DNA from: Ptychomitrium polyphyllum
Taxonomy: Eukaryota
Length of the DNA: 64,000 nucleotides
Assembly: GCA_973851085.1 (NCBI GenBank)
Contig: OZ316775.1
Span: forward strand, 22,568,001-22,632,000
Direction: 5' to 3'
The position numbers and the translations under genes are program-made. Under the pieces are notes generated by a model. That model searched no databases. It was given only the letters and a program-made list of their open reading frames with translations, and had not been told where the DNA came from. Positions 25,587 through 38,725 of the stretch are shown here, in pieces (position 1 is the first letter of the stretch; each line of letters starts with the position of its first letter).

Positions 25587-28500
25587 TTACAAACAGCAAG
25601 TGTTATTTTCATTAAGGCAGATCTCAGCAACAGAGTCTTCTAGCCAGATGATAGCACAAGATACACGGAATTGCAACAGGTAACAATCTTCTTAACAAAT
25701 TAACACAAACATGGACCAGTGAATTACTCATAAAGCATCAAGGAGACATTTAACGTTACATGGTAGACCCAATAAAGTCTCGGAAACTTACCGGATGAAA
25801 CTGGTACCGTGAAACTGTGTGGATTAATCGAGATGCTCTTAGTGCAATCGTCCGTCTTATAGATGCCTATCAGGTAGTCCGCTAGCTCGAACATGTTGTT
25901 ACGCAGGCTAGAATGCAAAACACATTTCCTCTCCTTAATTAGACTAGCGTAAGATCCTTCCGAAGAAATATTGTAAGCAGATGTACTATAAAAACGCGCT
26001 CCTACCAAAGCAAAAATAGAGCACCTTGTGTCAACTCCTGCCTTCATGTATTGTATGATCCTTGACAAAAAAATTATGTACTAAGAGAATACTCAGCTCG
26101 GATATTGATGATAACTACACAATAGTAGTACCATTTAAATAGACTTTGATGATGTGCACATTTCAGAAGGTAGACCAAGTAGAAGGAAAGGCAGTGTAAA
26201 TCAAGTGCGGAGTAAGTTTACTTGTATAATGGAGTCTGGTGTAATCTACACTGGTCTATTAAATTCGTGTGAAATTCGTGAAAACGAGAAGGAAGATAAC
26301 CTTATGATGACGAACTGGGCGTCTTTTGTTCTCTCCTTGATATAATGACCCACGATTGACACATTTTTAGAATCTGCAACCAGGAAAAATACTCTTCAAA
26401 ATGACAGCTGAGTAAAAAAAATAAGCCGTTCACGGTGTTGGCAATTAGAAATGGCCTATCAGTCTGCGTGTTTGACTCAGAACCACGGTTGAAGGAAATG
26501 CAGATACTAGATATTCAAAGGTTATCCAGGGGTCAATTTGTAACTATAGAAACTCAAAAATTGCTGAGGCAACTTACCCAAAGCTGCATCGATCTAGAGG
26601 GATTGGCTTGTAATGATGTAAAGCGAATACAAGGGCTAATGAGCTTAAGGTCTAAACAAACCACACATTCAGTTTCAGAATTTGCAAAGCACTTGTGGAT
26701 CGCGCCAGAGACGCAGCAGGATAACCATCATTAATAGCAATTTTGGACAAGCATACTGAGTATCATAGTTTAACCCTTGAAAGTCCAGAAAGCCCATTGC
26801 GACCAGTATTAGACAACATTGTTTTGTTGAATTAGGAATTCGATTTACGCCGCCAATGGGTCTTAAGGTCAAAAGTGAAGTTGGAATTCATGTCAACATG
26901 ATTCTCATAAGCTATTTGGATCCCAATTCGGAGCTTCTTATCAAATAGAAAATGCCAAAAAGACACCAATTTACTTAATATCTCTAAAGGACTTTTAAGG
27001 GTTAAACTTCATAGATTTTCTTCTCCATGTTTATAGTTGCAGATAATGGAATCCTCGTCCTAATTCTGACTTGATACTACGCTTCTTTCCTAAACTTTAC
27101 AAAACCTTTAGAAGTACACGAATGTTTGAAAATAATCGAACCTTTTCGCCACCAGACAAATTGGCTATGGCTTTCCAGCTCTTTTTAGGCGGTCTGACAC
27201 TAAAAACAACACCCTCTGCGAATGGATCTAGAGAATCCACCAGTTCAAGCTCCGCATCACCTCCCAAGGTAATCATCTGAGTAAACAAATAAGCAAAGTT
27301 GCATGCCAAATAGACATCAAGGAAGCATGTGAACTAAGGAATTGACTTAAATCTGAAAATACAACGAAATATCCGCAGGCACCAGAAGACCAGCATTTAC
27401 AAAGGTGCCATTTATGGGTAATTGTAAGAAGAACCTAGCGCTCGAAGTACAAAGTAAACTCTATAAGGCCACGTAAATAATTCAGAATTCCTTCAGCTGC
27501 TTGAAACAATGAACTGCTTCAAAGTTAAATAAAAACACACCTGGTACATCTTCTTCAGTTCCATTGAAATAGAATTAAAACCTCCTATGAACTCATCTAA
27601 CCTGCAGAAGGTAAACACAATGGAAATCAAGCTCATTGAATCGAACGCTGTACATGCTTTCATGATAAAGCTCTGGTGATAAAGAGTTTGAGGATTTGAT
27701 GGCAAAAGATCAACTGTATTCGTTCCACTAGACAAGAAATATCTTGAAACTGCCTGACCTAGTCTTGAAAACCAGCAACACAGTCAGTTGGAGCAAGAGT
27801 ACTATAGCTGGACTACTATCACTTAGAGCCAAACCTCCTCTTTCGTAAGTTGTCATAATTTTTTTTTTATCTCATCGGCAACTCCGGAGAGCTCACTGAG
27901 CTCCCGTATTCTTCCATCATATATAGCTGTCTTTCGCCGGAACCTGGAATCCAAAATAAGCACCACACCTCTCATTAAGTATCACTCTAAGAACTATGTT
28001 TGATGGATCGAAAGATGTTAGTATGATAGCTAGACCACGTGTCTGGTACAGTCTCGTAAGTGATTAGAAATATAGACGAGAGGACTTACTCTGCAATCGC
28101 GTCCAAACTTGGGTGCATTTCCTTGGTTTGGCCTTCAAGTATTTTGACACTTTCTTGAGCACGAGCAAGGCTGATGTCTGCTGAAGGCTCTTTGATGAAC
28201 ACTTCTAGACGAGCTTGGTCAATCCCTTCTTTTTGTATTCTGTATTGTAAACAGAAAGCCATTGAATGTGTCTTGATTCTTACAGAGAGCGGATATGGAG
28301 TATACAGCTTTATCATGTGAGTAGTCTAGAGCAATTTCAATTGAACGTATACAGGAGTTATGCGAAGAAAATACCAAATTTCAGCGTGTTTGATATGATG
28401 ATCATTCACACAAAATGATTGAATATCTTAGTGTAAAAATCAAGTTTTGTCCTGCGAGGTCCAATTCAATCGTCTATCTGGGGTTTGTTCAATTTAAGCA

Positions 28501-31500
28501 GATTCGAAAAGAGCAAGAGAAAGGAGGAACTGACTGCTCAATATGATTCTGCAACTTTTTACTCAAGCCCTTCCATTCATTTTTGCAAGTCTCCGTCTTT
28601 CCCACCCACAATCGACATATTTCTTTGGCATCATTGAGCTTGAACTCAGTATCTATCTGCACCCAGAAAACCAAGTATATAATTATTAATTGCCCATGAT
28701 TGAGAAGGACTCCTTGGCAAGGAACATACTTCATAAGCAAACTCAGATATCACGAAAATGGTTGGTGTCGGTGGTATCTTACTCCTGGACGAAAACATTC
28801 AATGAAATTTGCGTACCTCCATTGTCCGTAGCTCATTCAAAATATTCCGGCGTTCCAGATATTCTTTCTTGGTCACTTCTAGATCCTCAGTGTCTTTAGT
28901 AGAATCCTGGAAAAACGGTCGGCTAATGAGCTCTTTAAAATTGAAACTTTTAGAATCAAAGCAAGGGTGCACAAACACGGCATGTAGCTGCACTGAATTT
29001 CAAGGTAAGTCCATTCTACCTCGTAAGAAGTTAGTGACGTAAGAAGTGTACTGGCGTCTACGGCGGTGACAGAAATAAAAAAAGTGAGAGTTCTTGGGTC
29101 AAGCACAACACCTCTTGCAGTTGAGTGAAAATCTGTTGTATCACAAAAGCCTTAGCCTCAACATTCTTGAATTCGTCCCTGACATTCTCCTTGTCTTTGA
29201 TGAGTATTTCAATGTCCTTGGTGCTGTCTTCAAGTAATTTGTTAAGCTTCTTAATCAATTTACTATTTGTCGATATTTGAACCTGCCTCCTGTTAATTTC
29301 AGAACTAGTTTTGTTGATAGCCTGAACCACATTGTCAATCATTTTCGGTTTCAATGATCTTTGCTACATTTGATGCAGTTTCCAGTTATACAAGATTATA
29401 ATCTAAATACAAATCTCTGTTATGAAATTTATCAAAAACCTTGGACATTATTACAATCAGAAAAAAAAAACGGATTAAGTTCACATAGGCTTCCATTCTA
29501 AAAATGAATAGTACATTTGTACAGGCAAATTTTCTGGCGATGCAGAATGATGGTACCTTCTGAAGCTTTTCAACCAATGCCTTTTTTCGCTTCAGTTCGT
29601 CCCCTCCAGCATTTTCCATTTTGCGTTGTAGATCTTGAGCCTATACATTGAGTAAAAAAGAACACTCGTATAAATCTCCAAAGTTAAGTACGCCATAGAA
29701 GGAATTAATATAGCTTTACACATGGCTTAACACCTTCGGAAGGACAGCAATTGAAGTGCCAGAGAGTGTTTGCACCTTGGCTTGCAGTTTACTTGACTGA
29801 TTATTGAACCCAGTAAGAAGTGCTTGTCCTTGAGATACCTCAGCATCCAGAGACTGGATCAGGTCAATCTCTTCCTTAATTGGCAGTGTATCAATCTTCA
29901 AAGTCCCGAGTTGCTTGCTTATGTCACTTTGTTGGCCTTTCAGTTCCTCCAGCTGCTCAAGCAAAGACGTCATTCACCATCGATGAGTGGGTGTTCAAGA
30001 AGCTTATTAAGGTCAGGTAATTCGATTCCATGCTACATTGTGTCCCATTTTCAAAAGCAGAATACATCTGGCATCCAAATCTCACTGAAATATGCATAGT
30101 ATGCATGGGTTTGCTTACCTCCATATTGGTTTTGGCTATATCCAGTTCAAGCAGAGAGACTGATTTAAGTGTCAATTGACACTGTTGTGCTGCCACAGAA
30201 ACTCGCTGGTGGGTGTCTGTTAGCTGTGTCCTTACAGTCTCAAGTTCTTTCTCCGCACTTGTCATACTTTCACGAGATACAGTAGAATCCCTTCTAGCAG
30301 TTCCCATTAGGCCACCCCTAGGCTTGCCACCACCTCCACTCATGGTTCCGGATCTTTCAAACACTGCTCCGTCGAGAGGTACCACTCTTCGGAAATCAAT
30401 GGCTGAACCATAAGCTATTCTTGTTGCCTGAATTTACAAAAAGAAATAAGGAATCCTCATGAAAAGGAATTAGCACGGTGAATACTGCATAGCACATGTA
30501 GCACTGGAGAGTACATTAAGAAGCGTTAACAAAGATTTGCGTACCAAATCTCTTAATGAGGAACAAGATTCAACATTAATGCCTTTATTCCTTCATTGTC
30601 TTAACATTGGAGGACGAACCTGATCAAGATTACTGGCAACCACAGTGTTACCAAGTTGTGAGAAGAATGCAAGTCGTAGGCGATCATCTCGCACTGCGAC
30701 AAGATCAAACAAGCGAGGGACATTCTCTGGAATCTTAACTCCTTCATCCATCCTTTGAACAAGTCCGCTTTGTTTGTCCTGAATACATACAACTGTAGGT
30801 CGATACATGGCTTTCACGTTCATGAACAAGCATAAAACATATGGTTAAAAATCTGCAAGAACACATTGTCAACGTGTGTGGTCCTCTGTCGCACAACCTA
30901 ACACCAACATTCAGGAGGCAGATCGATGTGAACTTCCAGGAGAGGTGAGCTCCAAAGTCATACTCTTGCTACATCCATGAGTGCATGTAGATCTATGGCA
31001 TTAAATGCATGAGCTTAGAATTCATACTCGACTAACAAGAATGAGGAAGGTGGCCACTCCCAGCTTCTTAGCCCTCAATTGCTCCACACAAGCTTGAGCT
31101 GCACTTGTTGTCTCCACGACAATAAAATCCAACCCTCCACAAGCAGTGGATATTGCAACGTTGTACTTTGCTGCACTCGTATGAAGAATATTATATCACT
31201 GTTTATGTCACAGTAATCGGTAACACGAACTAAGGATATGACGACTTACCATCAATTGCACCTAAATCTCCAAGTCGACCATATATTCCTTCTATTTGGC
31301 CCGACTCCTTGGCTTGAAGAATGGCCTTCATAATTGAACCCTGGTTCTTCTCTGTCTCTATCAATGCACGCATCTCTTCCACTTTTTGTTGAAGTGTTTG
31401 CTCCTGTGCTTGCAAAGATTCCTCAGACTTGCCGTCTTCCTGTCAGATTTTAACTAGAGTCGTCAACATATAAATCATGTATGCCTGTAAACTCCCTTGT

Positions 31501-34500
31501 AAGATCCTGATGTAGCTTGATGTATCTAATGATTTAGATGTTACAGAGTGTACCTCCAAATAACCTTCCAGCAGAATCAAATGAAACGTCACTCTCTCAC
31601 GCCATTTTCTAATCAACAGAATTTGCTACCTGCTCTTCCTCCCTGGCAGTTTTCAAGCTTGTTTGAGAGCATGCAAGCTCTGTCGTAAGGCGAACCAAGT
31701 CTACCTCTTTCTCCTTAATTTTTAGTTTGGTTTCTTGAATTTTCTCCAGAGCTGTATTGTACGCTTTCCTGCCTGCCTCATGCTGAAAAATGTAGGCCCA
31801 GTACAACATTTCGAAGTATTTAAGAATGCTTGTGTTCTTTCTATGTTGAATATGTATAGAATTACCAATGGTTCTATCAATCAGGAAAAGTATGTCGCTA
31901 TAGAAAAAGTAGTTTTTGAGAAACAATAACAGTTATGTCACTGACACAATCACCACATTCTGGAACTACGCACGTCCATATCCGTTATACAGATAAATTG
32001 TGACTAGGGTCTTCATTGGACCAAAGTTATGAGAATAACTTCGTGACACCCACGCCCCACTGTTTGCTGTGTTTTCCACTCACTTTGTCCTTCAGGAGTT
32101 GGCTAGCTGAGGTGGTGACACCAATTTTGCTTTCGCATTCAATAATACACTTCTCCCAAGGCTCTAGCTCCACTCGGACAGTATTAAGTAACTCACGATA
32201 ATTCTCTATCTTGCCTGTCAAAGTACTGAACATCTTGTCACATATTTCTCTAGTACCATTGCAATCTGCGAAGCAGCATGCAGAGAATAGCATATGATTA
32301 CAAGGTTCACAGAGATTACACGTTTTCACAGAGATAAACGCAGGACAGTCTATTTTAAATACAAATCGTACCTTTGCAGGCTTCTTGTAGTGCTTCAAGA
32401 GCTCTCTCCTCTTCTACAAGCTGCTCAGTGAGCCGGACAACCTCAGCCTCTATCTTGGGTATCATCATAGTGGACTCTGCTGTCTCTTTCTCAACTTCAT
32501 CAATCCTTCCAGTATCCTGATACACATGAGGGGATGTTTAGAGCAATTTCACCTTAGGAAGGTCTTGAAAGAAAACCTCACTGTTGAAAGTACACAAGAT
32601 TCTCAGAACAACGATTAGAAACGATAAAACCAAAGCGAGGAAGAGAGTGATAAGCCTCTTTCTACACGTGATTAGGAGCCCAAAAGACTCGAGCAACTAC
32701 ACTTCAAGTCGATAGCTGTACACTGCAAATAGGACCATCGTTCAAGCTAATAATAAGAATTGAAGATTCCTCATTAGAAAAGTAAGAGCATCTCAATACA
32801 AAATACCCAGCTCTGACTGCCAAAACACAGTCACCAAGTAATCACCTTAGCAATCCTGTCTTCTAGCTTTTTCAGCTTCTGATTGAGATGCTTAAGATCC
32901 TCTTGATATTTGAGATCTTGACGCTCAAAGCCCTTAAACTGATTTGAATAGCTTTTGAGCTCTCCCTCAATCTCCTGTTGTTAAACACATAATCAAATGA
33001 ATTATCAAATGAACTACCCTATCACACATGTATAAGGTAAAAATTCGAAATTTTTTGCGCCAATGAACACTAGTAATTCAACAAAAAGGTCGTTAGAAAA
33101 CCTCATTAAGCTTGGTCTGTTTTATCAACTTTTTCTCCAATTCCTGGATTACAGTTGTGTGCGTAACATACTCCTCACTGCTCAAAAGTAGATGACACAA
33201 ACCAAGGAACAGTGTTGAATTATGCACGGCTCCCACATATCCTCTTGATATAGACTCAGGCATTCTCGGAAAAACCGTATGCTGTACTCTCAAAGTCACA
33301 AAACTTACAGAAGGACCCTTGTATCATATGACAGAGATCAGCAATCTTGAAGTTTCAGTTCATGTCAATGACAAATAAGAACATCGAAATCATTGACCAT
33401 ACCGTTCTTGTTTCAGAGCATCCTCCAGCTCAGTCACTTTCTTCTTCATTACCTCGGCCCCCGCAGAGATTTCCCTGAGAGTGAACTCGGCAATATGTGT
33501 CTTCCACTTAAACAATTCTGCCTCTTTCAACAAAAATTGCTCTGCTTCATTTTTGGCATCCTATCACGATGCCAACGCTAGCATGAGCTCAAATCTCTGC
33601 CCTAGATTCAAGAGCTAGGAGTGCATACTTTTACAATCTGAACACAAAAAACATTCTCATAATCTATTAATATCAAATGCGTTTAGTACAATAGATGAAT
33701 TATCATACTTCCAGGCCGCTCTTCTCCTTTCCGCCACCCATACTCGTTGCACCATGCTGTCCTTTTTCTCATTCAGTACTTCCAACCTAGAATCATTAAA
33801 TTGCACTTTTCAGCTATCAAGGAAGTATACAATTGGTAGGCGTCAGCAGCTAATACCACTGTCTAGGCTCCTATATCGAATAATCAATTGCACAGTAAGC
33901 CTCCAGAAGTAACTATGAAAGAAGATACCGGCATAGCTGACGATAAGAAACTGACAGGAGTGTTCGATAAGGTTGCCTTACTGTTTGCTGGCTGCATCAA
34001 TTCGCGCCACGTATTTGTTGGATCCAATGATGTCCTCAAGGTACTCAAGGAAACCTTCATCATGTGAAGTTTGTGCCTTGGGTTTCATCAAAGAGATCTG
34101 TTCCACCTCACCCTGCGAAATGGAAGAAAATGATAACGATAATCTTAATCAAACTCGCGTGAAGATTCACATTCGCCTCACAAAAATATACTGAACTTAA
34201 GAAACACAATTTTTCTTACTGAAACAATCTTCAGACCACTTGAGGGTGTTGAAGAGGAATACAGTGGTTATCACTGAAATACAAGTACCGACTGAGTTGT
34301 GTGAGCAGCAGTTAGCTACTCAGATTCTTAAATATTCAATCAGAGACTGACCTGTAAGATAAGAAAACGGTTATGCTCGAGATCAACTCCTTTAGCCATC
34401 AATAAATTGGTGACCTCTGTGAAGGTACTCGCCCGATCATCAAGGTAATACTTCGACGAGCGGTCACGAAATGCAACTCGCATAAGCACAAAGTTTGACC

Positions 34501-35394
34501 CAGGCACGACCTCGTAGCTGTCATTATCCTGTACGAGAAAGAATCAAATGCACTCTCTATAAGCGTTAGTGTCAAGGATAGCTGTCACAAACCGTTAAAC
34601 CTCATCATGCTAAAATCTTTTTCATAGAAAAAAACATTCAAGAAACCAGAAAAAGAGACGAGCATAGTTTACCAGATCTATAATCTCCTGGAAGTGCACC
34701 GATACAGACGCATTATCAAGGCTCTGATGGTTCGTAGAGTTGTGAATAAGCTCGGACACCTTGTTTAGTCTCATCTGAAGAACGACAGCAAACTATCACA
34801 TGAGCACCGTCAAATTCACAATGACAGGAGAAGAACCCCCCCTGTCTCATAAAAACCTACCAAGTGTCAACATGTATAACATGGCATATATGAGATGTGA
34901 AGAGCGAGCGAGCGAGCGAACCATTGCAAAAGCACGAAAATATCATACTGCCCAGAGGTTTCAGAAATAATATCCGTAGTAGTCTTCGAACAAAACAAGA
35001 TTTGCCGTATATTGACGTCGACGTCTTTTTGAAATCAAAGAAAGATTTCGAATGAAGGATTGTGAGGAAGCGCGACCTGTTTTGCTCGCTTGCCGAAAAC
35101 GAACAGCATGGCGTCAATGACGTTACTCTTCCCGCTACCATTTGGCCCAACGACAGCTGAGAAACACTGCACTCTCAAAACCACCACAGCTCACCACGGG
35201 AGAACATGAGTATTGTAACCTCTATAACAATGTGGTTCATGACAACAGTAGCGCCATGTCTCATACCCTGTGAAACGGCCCAATGTGCTGCTTTCCAAGT
35301 AGTACTTAAAATTCTCCAACACCATGTTCTCGATAAACAGCCTGGGCTTAAGTTTCTCTCTGCCATCCACCGCGGTTGCAAATTTGCGCCCCAT
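25587..35394 (-). pseudogene. SMC4: Condensin subunit SMC4 (CAP-C), many exons, apparently disabled in this sequence; 3' end approximate
   Basis: Exons give RLFIENMVLENFK, Walker A AVVGPNGSGKSNVIDAMLFVFG, RFLILQ/GEVEQI, hinge GIYGRLGDLGAID and LDGAVFERSGTMSGGG, ITLGGDAELELVDSLDPFAEGVVFSVRPPKKSWKAIANLSGGEK, LRNNMFELAD. Frame lesions near 35297, 33728, 27860 and a Walker B deletion at 26595/26596. Confidence 0.88.
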
Positions 35395-35727
35395 TGCTGA
35401 TGCTCTCCCAACTTCCCACCGATACCAACAATCGGCGATAGCCACATACTCCGCTTTACAGAACCGATCAGCCCATGCTGCAAAGTTCCTCAGATTCTTA
35501 CACCCTCTGTACACGATAGACCAGCTCAGAGAAACGCTCTATCTCTCTCTCTCGGCAAAAGCAGCAGCGAGTATCCTGAGCTGAAACAGCAAAACGCCTT
35601 CCACTTGCATCGAAACTGGTGCATCTCGCAGTTTCCACCGACACCCAACCCCGTTACATCACCCAAATCCGACCGTACCTTCGAAATCTGCGTATTTAAT
35701 TTCTTCAATCTAGACCTCCGATAGGTG

Positions 35728-35811
35728 CAGTAACGGTTTTAGGGTACACACTCCTCAAGAAAGCGCACTTAATGTAGGACTGCAGTGTATGGGCGTGGAA
35801 AACCGTTACTG
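35728..35811. promoter_or_regulatory. Inverted pair of MSA-like (AACGG core) elements upstream of SMC4
   Basis: CAGTAACGGTTTT (35728-35740) and its exact reverse complement AAAACCGTTACTG (35799-35811); a third CCGTTAC at 35651. AACGG is the MYB3R-bound MSA core of plant G2/M genes. Confidence 0.5.
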
Positions 35812-35886
35812 AACCCGCAAAGCGCATGTTATATGCAAATCTCGCGTTCCTGTTTCTGGGTCTACGACCTTTGTAGATGAAGCGGG

Positions 35887-35918
35887 TTTTGGGGACAGTG
35901 ACGTCACTGTCCCCAAAA
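35887..35918. repeat. Perfect 32-bp palindrome centred on TGACGTCA
   Basis: TTTTGGGGACAGTGAC-GTCACTGTCCCCAAAA, no spacer. Confidence 0.95.
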
Positions 35919-37524
35919 TCAGTCGATTACGAGTGATTTGGGCGAAAGAATTTTGAATAATCAAGAAGCGGAGAGGACGAGAACGGGCAGCGCGGGAACT
36001 AGAACTATCTTTCCATGCACAGTCCGATAGTTAAATGCTTCATGAAAAGCCAAATTTGTCTACCACAAAACTACCCGTAAGAGGTTGCACGTGATTTTAT
36101 ATTGTCATGTAAAGATGTGAGCCCTCCAAGCAACTTCTCCAATTTTCATCGGAGGCTATTAAGATAAATTTTTGATGTGATGAACTCTTGTTTTTTAATT
36201 TGATAATATTTCTAAAATAATTTGACTAAATAGTTGTAAGTGTAATTTTAGCATAGTACATTTAGGTTTTCATATCTTGGTTATATTTTTAGATGAATAT
36301 CACTTGAAGGATATAAATCCCCTTTTAATAGTTGCACTTGTTGAAAATATATAATGTATGGATAAATATAAGGTTTCTATTTAATTTAGAAGAACCATTA
36401 GCTTCTTGTATCTTTATTTATTTATTTATTTAATTCAACAAATGGTCCAAATAATAATCTTGTTTGATATTATTAATGTAAATGTGAAGTAATATTTTGA
36501 AAAAGAAATTTTAAAATATGATAAAGAAAGCATGATATTCACAAACAATGTGCTACATGGCTCCTATACATATGAAAATTTCTTTTTAAATGCTTTTTAT
36601 AATAATGTTAGTTGTACAAGTATTTATTTCAAATTTTTTAAGAAGTATTGTTGTATTTCTTTCAATAAATAAGGTGCTGCATGAATCAAATATTGGTATT
36701 AATGATAAACTACTTGATCCTATAAAATTGACTTTAAATAAAATCTAGAAAAAAACCATTTGTGATATGAAAAACATTAGTACCTATATACATGACTTTC
36801 GAACTTTAGATTATGAGGCAATTCATTCTTTTTCAAAAAGCTCCATTCTATTATATTCGTTTTTCAAACTTACTTCTCATATCCAATTAAAAAGTCATAT
36901 ATTAATTGGCGTGAACAATACCACTCTAACTAGTAAATTAAGACTACCTTGCAACTCCTTTTGTGGAAGATGGGGTAAAAAAACTTAATCCATAATATAA
37001 ATATTTTAGGTAGAGAAGGGTTCATGAGGAAAGATAGGATGACATTAAAAAAGTCGAGATGAAAACAGTTCTCTATTGTCGACGTGCATTACACGCAAGA
37101 GAGGAGGTATAAAGAACGTGAGAATTGCGAGCAGGCAAGCCGACGTGGGACCCACAGCTAAGCACGCGGTCACAAGAGCTCGCAGGGGGACGGGGTCCAG
37201 GATCTGTGCGCCGGAGGCGCATTTGTTTGACCACCCCCGTGGACTGCATAAAACTAGACAAGAAATTCTACGTGGACAGCAGGAACTAGAAAGGAATCCG
37301 ACGTGGAGGAGGGTATATGGTATCGCAGCATGGCGTTGAGTATTTTGGTGGATGATGGGGTTTGAGATTTGGTTTTGGTTTTGGTTTTGTGGATTCCGAG
37401 CGACCATTGTCGTTCGCAGTTACGGCAAGCGAGGCAAAGACGGAAGCTCGGTTTCGCAATGTCATGAGTGGCGTTCTGTGTGAGGCTGCAATCGCGCGAT
37501 CGAAAACCTGCAGGGGTTGTAGCT

Positions 37525-38725
37525 ATGGCGGCATGCTTGTTCCCTGTGTCGCAAGCGCTTCGTGCTCACCATGGGAAAGAAGCACCTACGAATTTTGTGG
37601 ACTACGCGCAGCTCGATGCCTTCACGAGTGAGTTTTTCAAGGGGAATCCGGCTGCTGTGTGTTTGTTGCCGATCGCAAGGAGCGAGGAATGGATGCAGAG
37701 TGTCGCCGCGGAGTTCAATACTCCGATGACGGCTTTCTTAGTCAAGCGGTCTAGCCTGGCAAATGGAACCCGTACTGGTCAAGCCGAGACGAATGGCTGC
37801 TCAAGTGCCGGCGAATTGCGCTACCTGCACACGATTCGTAAGTTCTTCCTCCATTGCCTCATTCTCGTCGTTTCTTATCAGCAGTGGCTCACGACACAGG
37901 CACCTTGTACGGCCACAAATGTTTCCTGTAAATTTAGGGAACATTTTCCCACAGGATTATGTCAAGGGACATGAACAATTGAGCGTGCAGCTTTGAATCC
38001 ATCACTTTTTTAGAATCGATTCTTCGTTTGCAACAGAAGAGAAGGCAAGTGAGTTCGATGTGCGATATTTCACGCCCAAAGCAGAGGTCGAACTATGTGG
38101 GCACGCAACTCTCGCATCCGCATACCTAGTGTTCAAATCCAACCTCGCCTTGGGATCCCACGTCCTCTTCCACACATCCTCAACTATGTTGAAGGTGAAG
38201 AAGGTCATGAGCGGCGATGGCAACAATGAATGGCAAGGTCAAGTGGAGCTCAGCTTCCCATTCATGGACACATCACCAGCCTCCATCGACACCGCGGCCG
38301 TCTTTCCTCAAACTCTAAAGAGCTGTAAAGCGATCTCATGCCAAAACTCAACCTGGGATCGCCTGCTTCTGGAGCTTCCAAGCGCGGTAGATGTTGAGAC
38401 GCTGGTGCCCTGTTTTGAAGAAATCGCTCAATGTGGGATGTCGGGAGGGGTAATCATCACAGCACAAGGCACCGCAGCGTCCCCTTTCGATTTCGTCTCT
38501 CGCTTCTTCGCCCCACAGTTAGGCATCTCTGAGGATCCCGTCTGCGGCACTGCACATTGCGCACTCGCACCATGGTGGGCGGCCAAGCTTGGGAAAGAAA
38601 AGTTATTAGCGTACCAGGCTTCCAAACGAGGCGGCGTACTAGAGTTGTGTGTGGACAACGACTCACGACGCGTTTTGTTGCGAGGAACTGCAGTGATCGT
38701 CTCCGCTGGTGTGCTCCTCAGTTAA
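37525..38725 (+). CDS. PhzF/PhzC-family (diaminopimelate-epimerase fold) isomerase/racemase, ~333 aa, one intron 37838-38036
   Basis: DAFT..FKGNPAAVC, RYFTPKAEVELCGHATLA, RFFAP..GISEDPVCGTAHC, RGGVL. The GT..AG intron joins the two ORFs in frame (313+689 nt). Confidence 0.9.

Noticed and set aside
37468..38725. PhzF-like gene as bacterial contamination or part of a phenazine cluster
   Set aside because: It has a spliceosomal intron, plant neighbours and no other phz genes; the family is widespread in plants.
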